A stretch of 64,000 nt of DNA, taken from Podarcis liolepis. Lineage: Eukaryota. The translations under genes were made by a program, and so were the position numbers. Below the pieces are notes generated by a model. That model had not been told where the DNA came from. It did no database searches and saw only the letters and a list, made by a program, of their open reading frames with translations. Where the stretch lies: the NCBI GenBank assembly GCA_965112155.1, contig OZ218098.1; one strand, written 5' to 3'. This document shows positions 60,801-64,000 of the stretch, in pieces. The stretch's first letter is position 1, and each line of letters opens with the position of its first letter.

Positions 60801-63046
60801 TTCAGAAGGCAGAAACTGGGAAATACTGGATAGGGAACAGCTAGGAGAAGAAACACTGGAAGAGAGAGAGTTAACAGATTCACAGTCGTTGGACAGCATT
60901 CCCCCACTGCCCTCCCCAAGGTTGAGAAGAGCAGAAAGCTGCAGAACAGAAAGCACACAAAGCACAGGGAGTACAAACTCAGATTACAAGACGTAGAAGT
61001 GACGTAGATTAATAGGGACATAAGGGGGTGGGATCCTTAATTGGGAGCACTGCCATTCCTAGGAGATGGGTTCTTTGTTCTATCACTGTGATTATTAGTT
61101 TCTAACTGGTAAGACAGTTTTCCACTGTTTTGCTTAGCTACTGCCAGGGGGGAAGAAGCTGATTCCCTGAAGCCTGCTTTATTGATACATGTTGATACAA
61201 TATTTTATTGATACATTATTGATACAATAAAGCCTGCTTTAGTGATACATATTGATACTTAGCTGCTTTATTGATACATGTAATGTGAGCCAACGCTGAT
61301 ATCTCCATGTGTCTAAATAGGGAGATAGGTCAACCTGAGGAATTGTAAATTATATATAAAAATGTTTATCATCCATATGATTAGTGCGCACGAGTATATA
61401 TATTCTTTTAATACAGTTTTCAAACCAATTTACTTTATTAAATGCTACATGTGTACCTATTGTTCTTCAATTAGGTGTGCCTGGACCATGCAATAGTATT
61501 AAGGCAAGTGAAGTAACTAAAAATTCATGTAAAGTGACCTGGGAACCTCCAGAATTTGATGGCAACACTCCAATTTTACATTATGTGCTGGAGCGAAGAG
61601 AAGCTGGTAGGAGAACATACATACCAGTGATGTCTGGTGAAAACAAATTGGCATGGAATGTGAAGGATCTCATACAAAATGGTGAATACTACTTCCGCGT
61701 TAAAGCTGTTAATAAAATCGGAGGAGGTGAATACATTGAACTGAGGAATCCAGTGATTGCAGAAGATCCAAAGCGTAAGTTTTTTTAATGATCATCAAGA
61801 CTGAAAAAGGCAAATGGTTTCTTTGTGCCTTCTATTCATCCATTTTCTTTTAAATTTTCAATATGCAGAGCGTCCAGATCCACCTATTGACCTTGAGGTT
61901 CACAATCCAACATCGAAGTCAGTAACACTCACGTGGAAACCACCATTGTATGATGGAGGAACCAAGATTATGGGCTACATTTTGGAAAAGTTAGTTAAAG
62001 GAGGAGAGAAGTGGGAAAGATGCAATGACTTTTTGGTTCCTCTTTTGACTTCTCCTGTGAAAGGTCTTGAGGAAGGCAAAGAATATCAGTTCCGTGTCCG
62101 TGCAGAGAATGCTGCCGGTGTCAGTGGACCTTCTAATGTCACTCCTCTGGTGAAAGCAATGGATCCCATTGGTATGTTTTGCAAACTACCTATTCATTTT
62201 TAGCAAGTGTTCAAATTCTGCTGTATGCTACAGTATCAAATATGAACAAAACAATATTTTTATGGTTACAGAGGCTCCAAAAGTTTTCCTCGGTGCTAAT
62301 CTGCAGGCTGGCCTGGAGGTGAAGCAAGGTTCTGAGATTGCACTTGAAGCACACATTTCAGGGTCACCTTACCCAACTATTGATTGGTTATGGAATGATG
62401 AAGTTGTTAAGCCAACAGAAATTAAGAAGAGAGTTACCAAGGTTACTAGGAAGAAGAAAGGTGAAGTTGAAGAAGATGAGCCTTTCCACTTGTCCCTGCC
62501 CGAGCGTTTGAGCATTGACAACCACAGACAAGGAGATTCTGTACTGGTCGTTCGGGATTCAATCAGACCAGACCATGGCACATATACTATTCGCGTTGAA
62601 AACGATCACGGGGTTGCAAAAGCTTCATGTGAAGTCAATGTGTTAGGTATGCCCTTATACATAATGGTGTGTGATACATTTTCTTCAAAAAGTTTGAAGT
62701 GATATATGCAAAGTGGTGCTCATTATTTTTGTTTTCAAAACAGATACACCTGGACCACCGGTCAACTTTGTTTTTGAGGAGGTTCGTAAAAATAGCATCA
62801 CTTGCAAGTGGGAGCCTCCTCTTGATGATGGCGGAAGTGAAATATTGAACTACGTCCTTGAAAAGAAAGACAACACAAAATCCGACATTGGCTGGGTTAC
62901 CGTTACTTCAACGCTTAGGCATTGCAAATATAATGTGCCTAAACTTATTGAAGGAAAGGAATACATATTCCGTGTGAAAGCTGAGAACAGAGTAGGAGCT
63001 GGACCTCCATGTCTTTCAAAACCTGTTGTAGCTCAAGATCCATTCA
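902..63046 (+). CDS. TTN: Titin gene, internal portion (PEVK, distal I-band Ig, I/A junction, start of A-band); about 90 exons; gene extends beyond both window ends
   Basis: PPAK-type PEVK exons, the RRKLRPGSGGEKPPDEPPFTYQLKAVPLKF junction, the I91/I27 sequence and the Ig/Fn3 pattern; exon phases join into one frame. Confidence 0.99.
1368..1442 (+). CDS. TTN: PEVK exon VAEVPKPVPEEKVPVPKKVPSPPAK
   Basis: 75 nt, AG/GT, phase 1-1. Confidence 0.93.
1604..1678 (+). CDS. TTN: PEVK exon VPEVPKPVPEEKVPVAKKVPAPPKK
   Basis: 75 nt, AG/GT, phase 1-1. Confidence 0.93.
1919..1993 (+). CDS. TTN: PEVK exon VPEVPKPVPEEKVPVPKKVAAPPEK
   Basis: 75 nt, AG/GT, phase 1-1. Confidence 0.93.
2321..2404 (+). CDS. 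TTN: PEVK exon VPEVPKKVVPEKKVPTAPPKKVEAPPAK
   Basis: 84 nt, AG/GT, phase 1-1. Confidence 0.95.
2598..2651 (+). pseudogene. Decayed PEVK exon relic (ISEEKISAVKSKKILPSK)
   Basis: Acceptor-like tatcttttaac (AG lost), PEVK-like translation, degenerate donor ctaa/gtttg. Confidence 0.5.
2884..3222 (+). CDS. TTN: PEVK polyE (Glu/Tyr-rich) exon, 113 aa
   Basis: 339 nt, AG/GT, phase 1-1; YEEAPE repeats. Confidence 0.93.
3543..3626 (+). CDS. TTN: PEVK exon VPEVPKRAIAEEKVKVAVPKKEEAPPAK
   Basis: 84 nt, AG/GT. Confidence 0.93.
4351..4428 (+). CDS. TTN: PEVK exon VPAAKKKPEEKVPLAVPKKEVTPPPK
   Basis: 78 nt, AG/GT. Confidence 0.93.
4646..4729 (+). CDS. TTN: PEVK exon VPEIPKKAVPEEKVPKTVPKRKEPSPTK
   Basis: 84 nt, AG/GT. 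Confidence 0.93.
4889..4972 (+). CDS. TTN: PEVK exon VPDIPKRAVPEEKVSITTYEAEEPPTVK
   Basis: 84 nt, AG/GT. Confidence 0.92.
5471..5554 (+). CDS. TTN: PEVK exon APAVHEKTLREEKVTYIISREKEGATVE
   Basis: 84 nt, actaatatctttaaag acceptor, GT donor. Confidence 0.9.
6222..6305 (+). CDS. TTN: PEVK exon VLELEEEAVPEETAPIGVPIKQKAPPIK
   Basis: 84 nt, AG/GT. Confidence 0.92.
6448..6528 (+). CDS. TTN: PEVK exon VPPAAKKAVPEKKKPTPVPKEEAPPIK
   Basis: 81 nt, AG/GT. Confidence 0.92.
6961..7047 (+). CDS. TTN: PEVK exon APEIREKAVSQEIIPPPSVSKELEPPAAK
   Basis: 87 nt, AG/GT. Confidence 0.92.
7238..7318 (+). CDS. TTN: PEVK exon VPVIRKKAISEEQVTVQVSRKEATRYE
   Basis: 81 nt, AG/GT. Confidence 0.9.
8326..8418 (+). CDS. 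TTN: PEVK exon DTETFEEMLLEEMEERYPAAIPRKREVAPPK
   Basis: 93 nt, AG/GT. Confidence 0.9.
8564..10342 (+). CDS. TTN: Giant PEVK exon, 593 aa, internal ~26-aa repeats
   Basis: 1779 nt open frame, tttaaag acceptor, aaaag/gtagac donor, phase 1-1. Confidence 0.9.
10598..10668 (+). pseudogene. Frameshifted PEVK pseudo-exon or poison exon
   Basis: ctaatatctttattgaag acceptor and G/gtaaga donor intact; 71 nt; VSGLSKKPVLDKC then TGA at 10636-10638. Confidence 0.65.
11417..11500 (+). CDS. TTN: PEVK exon VPEMPKKAVPEEKIPVAVPKKPAPPPAK
   Basis: 84 nt, AG/GT. Confidence 0.95.
11863..11937 (+). CDS. TTN: PEVK exon VPEVPTKVVPEKKVPAAVPEAPPAK
   Basis: 75 nt, AG/GT. Confidence 0.93.
12101..12235. mobile_element. 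hAT-type hairpin MITE
   Basis: Long inverted arms caggcctcctcaacct...aggttgaggaagcctg; 8-bp TSD tactaaac/cactaaac. Confidence 0.85.
13439..13513 (+). CDS. TTN: PEVK exon VPEVPKKPVPEEKVVPKKPEVPAAK
   Basis: 75 nt, CAG/GT. Confidence 0.93.
13684..13879. mobile_element. Tc1-mariner/Tigger-type MITE
   Basis: TIRs cagtagtaccttggtt...aaccaaggtaccactg; TA on the left flank. Confidence 0.8.
13999..14082 (+). CDS. TTN: PEVK exon VPEVPKKPVPEEKAPVAVPKKPEPPPAK
   Basis: 84 nt, CAG/GT. Confidence 0.95.
14714..14797 (+). CDS. TTN: PEVK exon VPEVPKKVVPEKKVPAEVPKKPEAPPAK
   Basis: 84 nt, AG/GT. Confidence 0.95.
15093..15176 (+). CDS. TTN: PEVK exon VPEVPKKVVPEEKAKVPEPKKPEPPAVK
   Basis: 84 nt, AG/GT. Confidence 0.95.
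15457..15528 (+). CDS. TTN: PEVK exon VPEVPKKIPEEKVPVKKPEPPAPK
   Basis: 72 nt, AG/GT. Confidence 0.93.
15968..16036 (+). CDS. TTN: PEVK exon VPEVPKKVIPEKKPPEPEAPPAK
   Basis: 69 nt, AG/GT. Confidence 0.93.
16675..16746 (+). CDS. TTN: PEVK exon VPEVPKKIVPEEKVPKKPEPPPAK
   Basis: 72 nt, AG/GT. Confidence 0.93.
17892..17969 (+). CDS. TTN: PEVK exon VPEVPKKPVPEEKVPTLKKKEPPTPK
   Basis: 78 nt, AG/GT. Confidence 0.93.
18293..18391 (+). CDS. TTN: PEVK exon VPEVPKKAVVEEKEPTPVLKKPVLKEPEPPPVK
   Basis: 99 nt, AG/GT. Confidence 0.93.
18711..20165 (+). CDS. TTN: Giant PEVK exon with three ~145-150-aa repeats; in-frame TAA at 18743-18745 from the canonical acceptor; alternative same-phase start at 18771
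   Basis: actaatctcttttaag acceptor at 18710; open frame 18746-20165; aaaag/gtatat donor. Confidence 0.8.
20553..20636 (+). CDS. TTN: PEVK exon VPEVPKKAVPEKKVPVPVAKKVKPPPAK
   Basis: 84 nt, AG/GT. Confidence 0.95.
20938..21021 (+). CDS. TTN: PEVK exon VPEEPKKVVPEKKKPAAALKKPEAPPAK
   Basis: 84 nt, AG/GT. Confidence 0.95.
21261..21344 (+). CDS. TTN: PEVK exon VPEVPKKPVPEEEAPLAVPKEPEPLPAE
   Basis: 84 nt, AG/GT. Confidence 0.93.
21798..21937. other. Assembly gap (N run)
   Basis: 140 N. Confidence 1.
22434..22517 (+). CDS. TTN: PEVK exon EPEVTEEIEPEEPVPVPIPETEEIIPDE
   Basis: 84 nt, AG/GT. Confidence 0.9.
22971..23066 (+). CDS. TTN: PEVK exon EPEPEKKIPEKPKPRVPFPPKEEVKEEKVQLK
   Basis: 96 nt, AG/GT; resembles a mammalian distal PEVK exon (EPEPEK...FQLK). 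Confidence 0.92.
24853..25098. mobile_element. Tigger-type MITE
   Basis: TA-cagtggcacctcagttttcga...tcgaaaactgaggtaccactg-TA. Confidence 0.85.
25366..25443 (+). CDS. TTN: PEVK exon APGLKPRRPTPEPPAPPPKEEVVLKK
   Basis: 78 nt, AG/GT. Confidence 0.92.
26006..26101 (+). CDS. TTN: PEVK exon VTRAVKKPEEEPKPEKEPKAPPKPLEKIKKPE
   Basis: 96 nt, AG/GT. Confidence 0.92.
26597..26683 (+). CDS. TTN: PEVK exon VPEVEKKKTEIPAFKKREEKEKPVPEPAK
   Basis: 87 nt, AG/GT. Confidence 0.92.
27062..27109 (+). CDS. TTN: PEVK exon VPEPKPATIPEPKPAT
   Basis: 48 nt, AG/GT. Confidence 0.88.
27693..27773 (+). CDS. TTN: PEVK exon ALKSPKPPAEPKPEAAPLTTPVVGKKA
   Basis: 81 nt, CAG/GT; PVVGKKA as in mammalian titin. Confidence 0.93.
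27990..28119. mobile_element. Degenerate hAT-type hairpin MITE (related to 12101-12235)
   Basis: cagatg...actacaactccc / gggagttgtagt...catctg arms; cagtg...cactg ends. Confidence 0.65.
28378..28420. repeat. (GATA)n microsatellite
   Basis: Direct reading. Confidence 0.98.
28475..28528 (+). CDS. TTN: PEVK exon EPKTTPKEEAGKAKLPIK
   Basis: 54 nt, CAG/GT. Confidence 0.92.
28795..29035. mobile_element. Tigger-type MITE
   Basis: TA-cagtcaaacctcggtt...aaccgaggtttgactg-TA. Confidence 0.85.
29637..30032 (+). CDS. TTN: End of PEVK plus Ig I84
   Basis: 396 nt; AKKTPSPADAERRKLRPGSGGEKPP...TSTAKLIVE. Confidence 0.97.
30701..30829 (+). mobile_element. tRNA-Lys-derived SINE with CR1-like 3' tail
   Basis: agagcatgagactcttaatctcagggttgtgggtttgag (tRNA-Lys CTT arm), then ggtcccttccaa...attctatgattct. 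Confidence 0.75.
30920..31195 (+). CDS. TTN: Ig I85
   Basis: 276 nt, AG/GT. Confidence 0.96.
31708..31840. other. Assembly gap (N run)
   Basis: 133 N. Confidence 1.
32102..32377 (+). CDS. TTN: Ig I86
   Basis: 276 nt, AG/GT. Confidence 0.96.
32507..32646 (+). CDS. TTN: Ig I87, N-terminal half
   Basis: 140 nt, phase 1-0. Confidence 0.95.
32989..33228. mobile_element. GC-rich non-autonomous hAT element
   Basis: Perfect 8-bp TSD ctcagagg at 32981-32988 and 33229-33236; imperfect TIRs cacttgtggag/ctccgccactg. Confidence 0.8.
33405..33531 (+). CDS. TTN: Ig I87, C-terminal half
   Basis: 127 nt, phase 0-1. Confidence 0.95.
33628..33891 (+). CDS. TTN: Ig I88 (GC-AG donor)
   Basis: 264 nt; donor G/gcaagt. 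Confidence 0.94.
33992..34258 (+). CDS. TTN: Ig I89
   Basis: 267 nt. Confidence 0.96.
34434..34697 (+). CDS. TTN: Ig I90
   Basis: 264 nt. Confidence 0.96.
34795..34934 (+). CDS. TTN: Ig I91 (I27), N-terminal half
   Basis: 140 nt; PLYGVEVFVGETARFEVEISEPDVH. Confidence 0.97.
35093..35219 (+). CDS. TTN: Ig I91 (I27), C-terminal half
   Basis: 127 nt; DCEMIEDGKKH...GEVSFQAANAKSAANLKVK. Confidence 0.97.
35367..35633 (+). CDS. TTN: Ig I92
   Basis: 267 nt. Confidence 0.96.
35737..36003 (+). CDS. TTN: Ig I93
   Basis: 267 nt. Confidence 0.96.
36430..36540 (+). mobile_element. Old L2 LINE ORF2 3' fragment
   Basis: Reads QYKVLVLTYKGLSGLGPAYLKEH, like the copy at 55158. Confidence 0.65.
37344..37610 (+). 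CDS. TTN: Ig I94 (GC-AG donor)
   Basis: 267 nt; donor G/gcaagt. Confidence 0.94.
37813..37952 (+). CDS. TTN: Ig I95, N-terminal half
   Basis: 140 nt. Confidence 0.95.
38732..38973. mobile_element. Tigger-type MITE
   Basis: TA-cagtggtacctcgggtta...taacccgaagtaccactg-TA. Confidence 0.85.
39213..39339 (+). CDS. TTN: Ig I95, C-terminal half
   Basis: 127 nt. Confidence 0.95.
39750..40172 (+). promoter_or_regulatory. Candidate internal (Cronos-type) titin promoter with in-frame ATG at 40151
   Basis: By exon count this is the intron where Cronos initiates in mammals and fish; E-boxes, GATA, MEF2-like and TTTAAATA motifs; ATG in frame with the I96 exon. Confidence 0.6.
40173..40315 (+). CDS. TTN: Ig I96, N-terminal half
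   Basis: 143 nt; RVIGLLRPLKDVTVTAGE. Confidence 0.96.
40410..40499. repeat. ~90-bp palindromic MITE-like repeat
   Basis: Arms cagtgcaatcctat/ataggattgcactg; related copies elsewhere in the window. Confidence 0.75.
40765..40920. promoter_or_regulatory. Candidate muscle enhancer (MEF2, MCAT, GATA)
   Basis: CTATTTTTAA at 40814-40823, GGAATG at 40867-40872, AGATAA near 40769. Confidence 0.4.
41803..41926 (+). CDS. TTN: Ig I96, C-terminal half
   Basis: 124 nt. Confidence 0.95.
42183..42449 (+). CDS. TTN: Ig I97
   Basis: 267 nt. Confidence 0.96.
42742..42839 (+). CDS. TTN: Ig I98, N-terminal part
   Basis: 98 nt. Confidence 0.93.
43978..44146 (+). CDS. TTN: Ig I98, C-terminal part
   Basis: 169 nt (98+169=267). 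Confidence 0.94.
44244..44510 (+). CDS. TTN: Ig I99
   Basis: 267 nt. Confidence 0.96.
44687..44906. mobile_element. Tigger-type MITE nested in the hAT element
   Basis: TA-cagtcataccttgg...ccaaggtacaacta-TA; similar to 56283-56532. Confidence 0.8.
44969..45015. repeat. (CCTT)n microsatellite
   Basis: Direct reading. Confidence 0.97.
45481..45747 (+). CDS. TTN: Ig I100
   Basis: 267 nt. Confidence 0.96.
45857..46135 (+). CDS. TTN: Ig I101
   Basis: 279 nt. Confidence 0.95.
46666..47074 (+). CDS. TTN: Ig I102 plus N-terminal half of I103
   Basis: 409 nt, phase 1-2. Confidence 0.95.
47181..47305 (+). CDS. TTN: Ig I103, C-terminal half
   Basis: 125 nt, phase 2-1. Confidence 0.95.
47406..47672 (+). 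CDS. TTN: Ig I104
   Basis: 267 nt. Confidence 0.96.
47982..48321 (+). mobile_element. Sauria SINE
   Basis: Same family as 123-479; 14-bp TSD tctatacaacatta. Confidence 0.9.
48464..48733 (+). CDS. TTN: Ig I105
   Basis: 270 nt. Confidence 0.96.
48921..49223 (+). CDS. TTN: Fn3 I106 (first Fn3, I/A junction)
   Basis: 303 nt; WEEPESDGGSKITGY. Confidence 0.96.
49320..49622 (+). CDS. TTN: Fn3 I107
   Basis: 303 nt. Confidence 0.96.
49976..50226. mobile_element. hAT-Charlie-like non-autonomous element
   Basis: catgggtaggcaaact...agtttgctgaccactg ends; degenerate 8-bp TSD cacgaatg/cgctaatg. Confidence 0.75.
50444..50631 (+). CDS. TTN: Fn3 I108, N-terminal part
   Basis: 188 nt. Confidence 0.95.
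50730..50844 (+). CDS. TTN: Fn3 I108, C-terminal part
   Basis: 115 nt. Confidence 0.95.
51508..51792 (+). CDS. TTN: Ig I109
   Basis: 285 nt. Confidence 0.96.
52391..52542 (+). CDS. TTN: Fn3 I110, N-terminal part
   Basis: 152 nt. Confidence 0.95.
52674..52821 (+). CDS. TTN: Fn3 I110, C-terminal part
   Basis: 148 nt. Confidence 0.95.
53088..53452 (+). mobile_element. Sauria SINE
   Basis: Same family; TSD cttagtatta. Confidence 0.9.
53662..53839 (+). CDS. TTN: Fn3 I111, N-terminal part
   Basis: 178 nt. Confidence 0.95.
53932..54053 (+). CDS. TTN: Fn3 I111, C-terminal part
   Basis: 122 nt. Confidence 0.95.
54186..54473 (+). CDS. TTN: Ig I112
   Basis: 288 nt. Confidence 0.96.
54565..54861 (+). 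CDS. TTN: Fn3 I113
   Basis: 297 nt. Confidence 0.96.
55158..55567 (+). mobile_element. L2-clade LINE, 5'-truncated 3' end
   Basis: ORF2 C-terminus RFRAQFKVLVLTFKALNGLGP...AFSVVAPTLWNALP...LKAALF; (TTA)n tail. Confidence 0.85.
55669..55855 (+). CDS. TTN: Fn3 I114, N-terminal part
   Basis: 187 nt. Confidence 0.95.
56283..56532. mobile_element. Tigger-type MITE
   Basis: TA-cagtcgtacctcgga...tccaaggtacaactg-TA. Confidence 0.85.
56897..57012 (+). CDS. TTN: Fn3 I114, C-terminal part
   Basis: 116 nt. Confidence 0.95.
57103..57402 (+). CDS. TTN: Fn3 I115
   Basis: 300 nt. Confidence 0.96.
57441..57692 (+). mobile_element. tRNA-derived SINE (Squam3-like) with (CTT)n tail
   Basis: Pol III A box tggtgtagtgg and B-box-like gggttcgcgtc; gggtgaccttgggctagtcac core. 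Confidence 0.8.
57828..57882. repeat. (AAT)n microsatellite (tail of antisense L2)
   Basis: Direct reading. Confidence 0.97.
57883..58213 (-). mobile_element. L2-clade LINE 3' end, antisense
   Basis: Reverse complement aligns to 55220-55560. Confidence 0.85.
58387..58686 (+). CDS. TTN: Fn3 I116
   Basis: 300 nt. Confidence 0.96.
58786..58891 (+). CDS. TTN: Fn3 I117, N-terminal part
   Basis: 106 nt. Confidence 0.95.
59574..59770 (+). CDS. TTN: Fn3 I117, C-terminal part
   Basis: 197 nt. Confidence 0.95.
59863..60168 (+). CDS. TTN: Fn3 I118
   Basis: 306 nt. Confidence 0.96.
60286..60564 (+). CDS. TTN: Ig A1 (start of the A-band D-zone)
   Basis: 279 nt. Confidence 0.95.
60645..61257 (+). mobile_element. 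Probable solo LTR
   Basis: Starts TGTCA, ends TGATA; flanking 5-bp direct repeat cttag; internal AATAAA. Confidence 0.5.
61475..61774 (+). CDS. TTN: Fn3 A2
   Basis: 300 nt. Confidence 0.96.
61869..62171 (+). CDS. TTN: Fn3 A3
   Basis: 303 nt. Confidence 0.96.
62272..62646 (+). CDS. TTN: Ig A4 with long charged loop insertion
   Basis: 375 nt. Confidence 0.95.
62744..63046 (+). CDS. TTN: Fn3 A5
   Basis: 303 nt. Confidence 0.96.
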
Positions 63047-64000
63047 GTAAGTCTTGTACTCTATCTAAATATGTGCTTCATTCATTTTTCCCAAAAGGCA
63101 CTGCCATCATCATCATCATTATTACCTTACACTCATATTGTACTTTAACATTAAAACTTTAATTCTATAATAACCCAGCAGAAAAACCTTGCAGAAAGAA
63201 ATGGCTAAATTACATTTGCTGATTGTTGCATCTGAGTGCAACATCCTAAAAAGAAAAAGAAAAAGCTAAGACAATCCATGCTAGTTGACTGTAAAACTTG
63301 CCATATCAGACTTTTCTATTCTGTTCTCTCCTTGTGTCTTAAAGTGTGTGAAGTGGGTGGTAATTACAAATAATAAATCCTTGAGATATATGGGTACACT
63401 GAGCTGGTAAGATCATCATTGACAAAAGCAAATGCTTAAATAATCCACCAGTAAAATAAATTGCAGATGAATTCGTACATAAAAAGCGGAAAAAGAACTG
63501 TGAAAAACACACATTTTCTTTAAGTCTTTCCATATACACAAAACCCACCCGCACTCTCTACAAGTTTCAAGCATGCGCATCTACACATTTAGGGTATAAC
63601 ACAGAGATAATATTTACATATCATGAAGGCAGTTTCGTTTTATTGGGATGTGGCTTTCCAGGAACCAAGCTAAACTTTACTACTCACAAGGGGTTCTGAA
63701 TTCACTTAAAGGCATGCTGGGAGAACCAAACTAACTGCCCCTGCCCCCATTTTTCATCCCAGTTTGCCCCCTTTGTGTAGTAAAGAAAAATACATGTAAC
63801 AGCTAATTTAGTAGCTCTCAAGCTGCAATCCTAGTCACATTTACCTGGGAGTAAGTACAGCTGAAATCATGGGACTTCATTTCAAGTAACTGTGAACAAG
63901 ATCAGGCTGCATATTGCAACTGAAGCCTCCGAGTAAAGATATGGTGGAGGAGAAAATTAGAGGCATTAAACAAATTAAATTTCTGTATGATTTGGTAAGC

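Noticed and set aside
60622-60996. 124-aa acidic/proline-rich ORF resembling PEVK
   Set aside because: It lies within the LTR-like element, lacks PEVK splice signals and sits in the A-band region.
62390-62500. Long basic/acidic insertion in Ig A4
   Set aside because: From memory, an equivalent insertion exists in human titin, so it is not novel.

Overview
This is vertebrate genomic DNA from a squamate, most likely a lacertid lizard (inferred from Sauria-SINE and Squam3-like SINEs). The whole window lies inside the titin gene (TTN) on the + strand. I delimit about 90 coding exons. Positions 902-28528 hold 40 phase-1 PEVK exons, including two giant internally repetitive ones. Positions 29637-48733 encode the distal I-band tandem Ig domains I84-I105, including the model domain I91/I27. 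Positions 48921-60168 encode the I/A-junction Fn3/Ig block I106-I118, and 60286-63046 the first A-band domains A1-A5. Domain numbers are counted from the recognisable I91 sequence. Introns carry SINEs, L2 fragments, hAT and Tigger-type MITEs, a probable solo LTR, microsatellites and two assembly gaps. Top observations: (1) a 1.45-kb PEVK exon has an in-frame TAA near its 5' end that a same-phase acceptor 60 nt downstream would bypass; (2) a candidate internal Cronos-type promoter with an in-frame ATG and muscle enhancer motifs; (3) a 1.78-kb PEVK exon built from 26-aa units; (4) several decayed or poison PEVK exons; (5) a PEVK-specific ACTAATATCTTTAAAG acceptor signature; (6) inverted L2 copies bracketing an in-frame three-exon block. 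Coordinates were read by hand and may be off by a few bases, especially for repeats.
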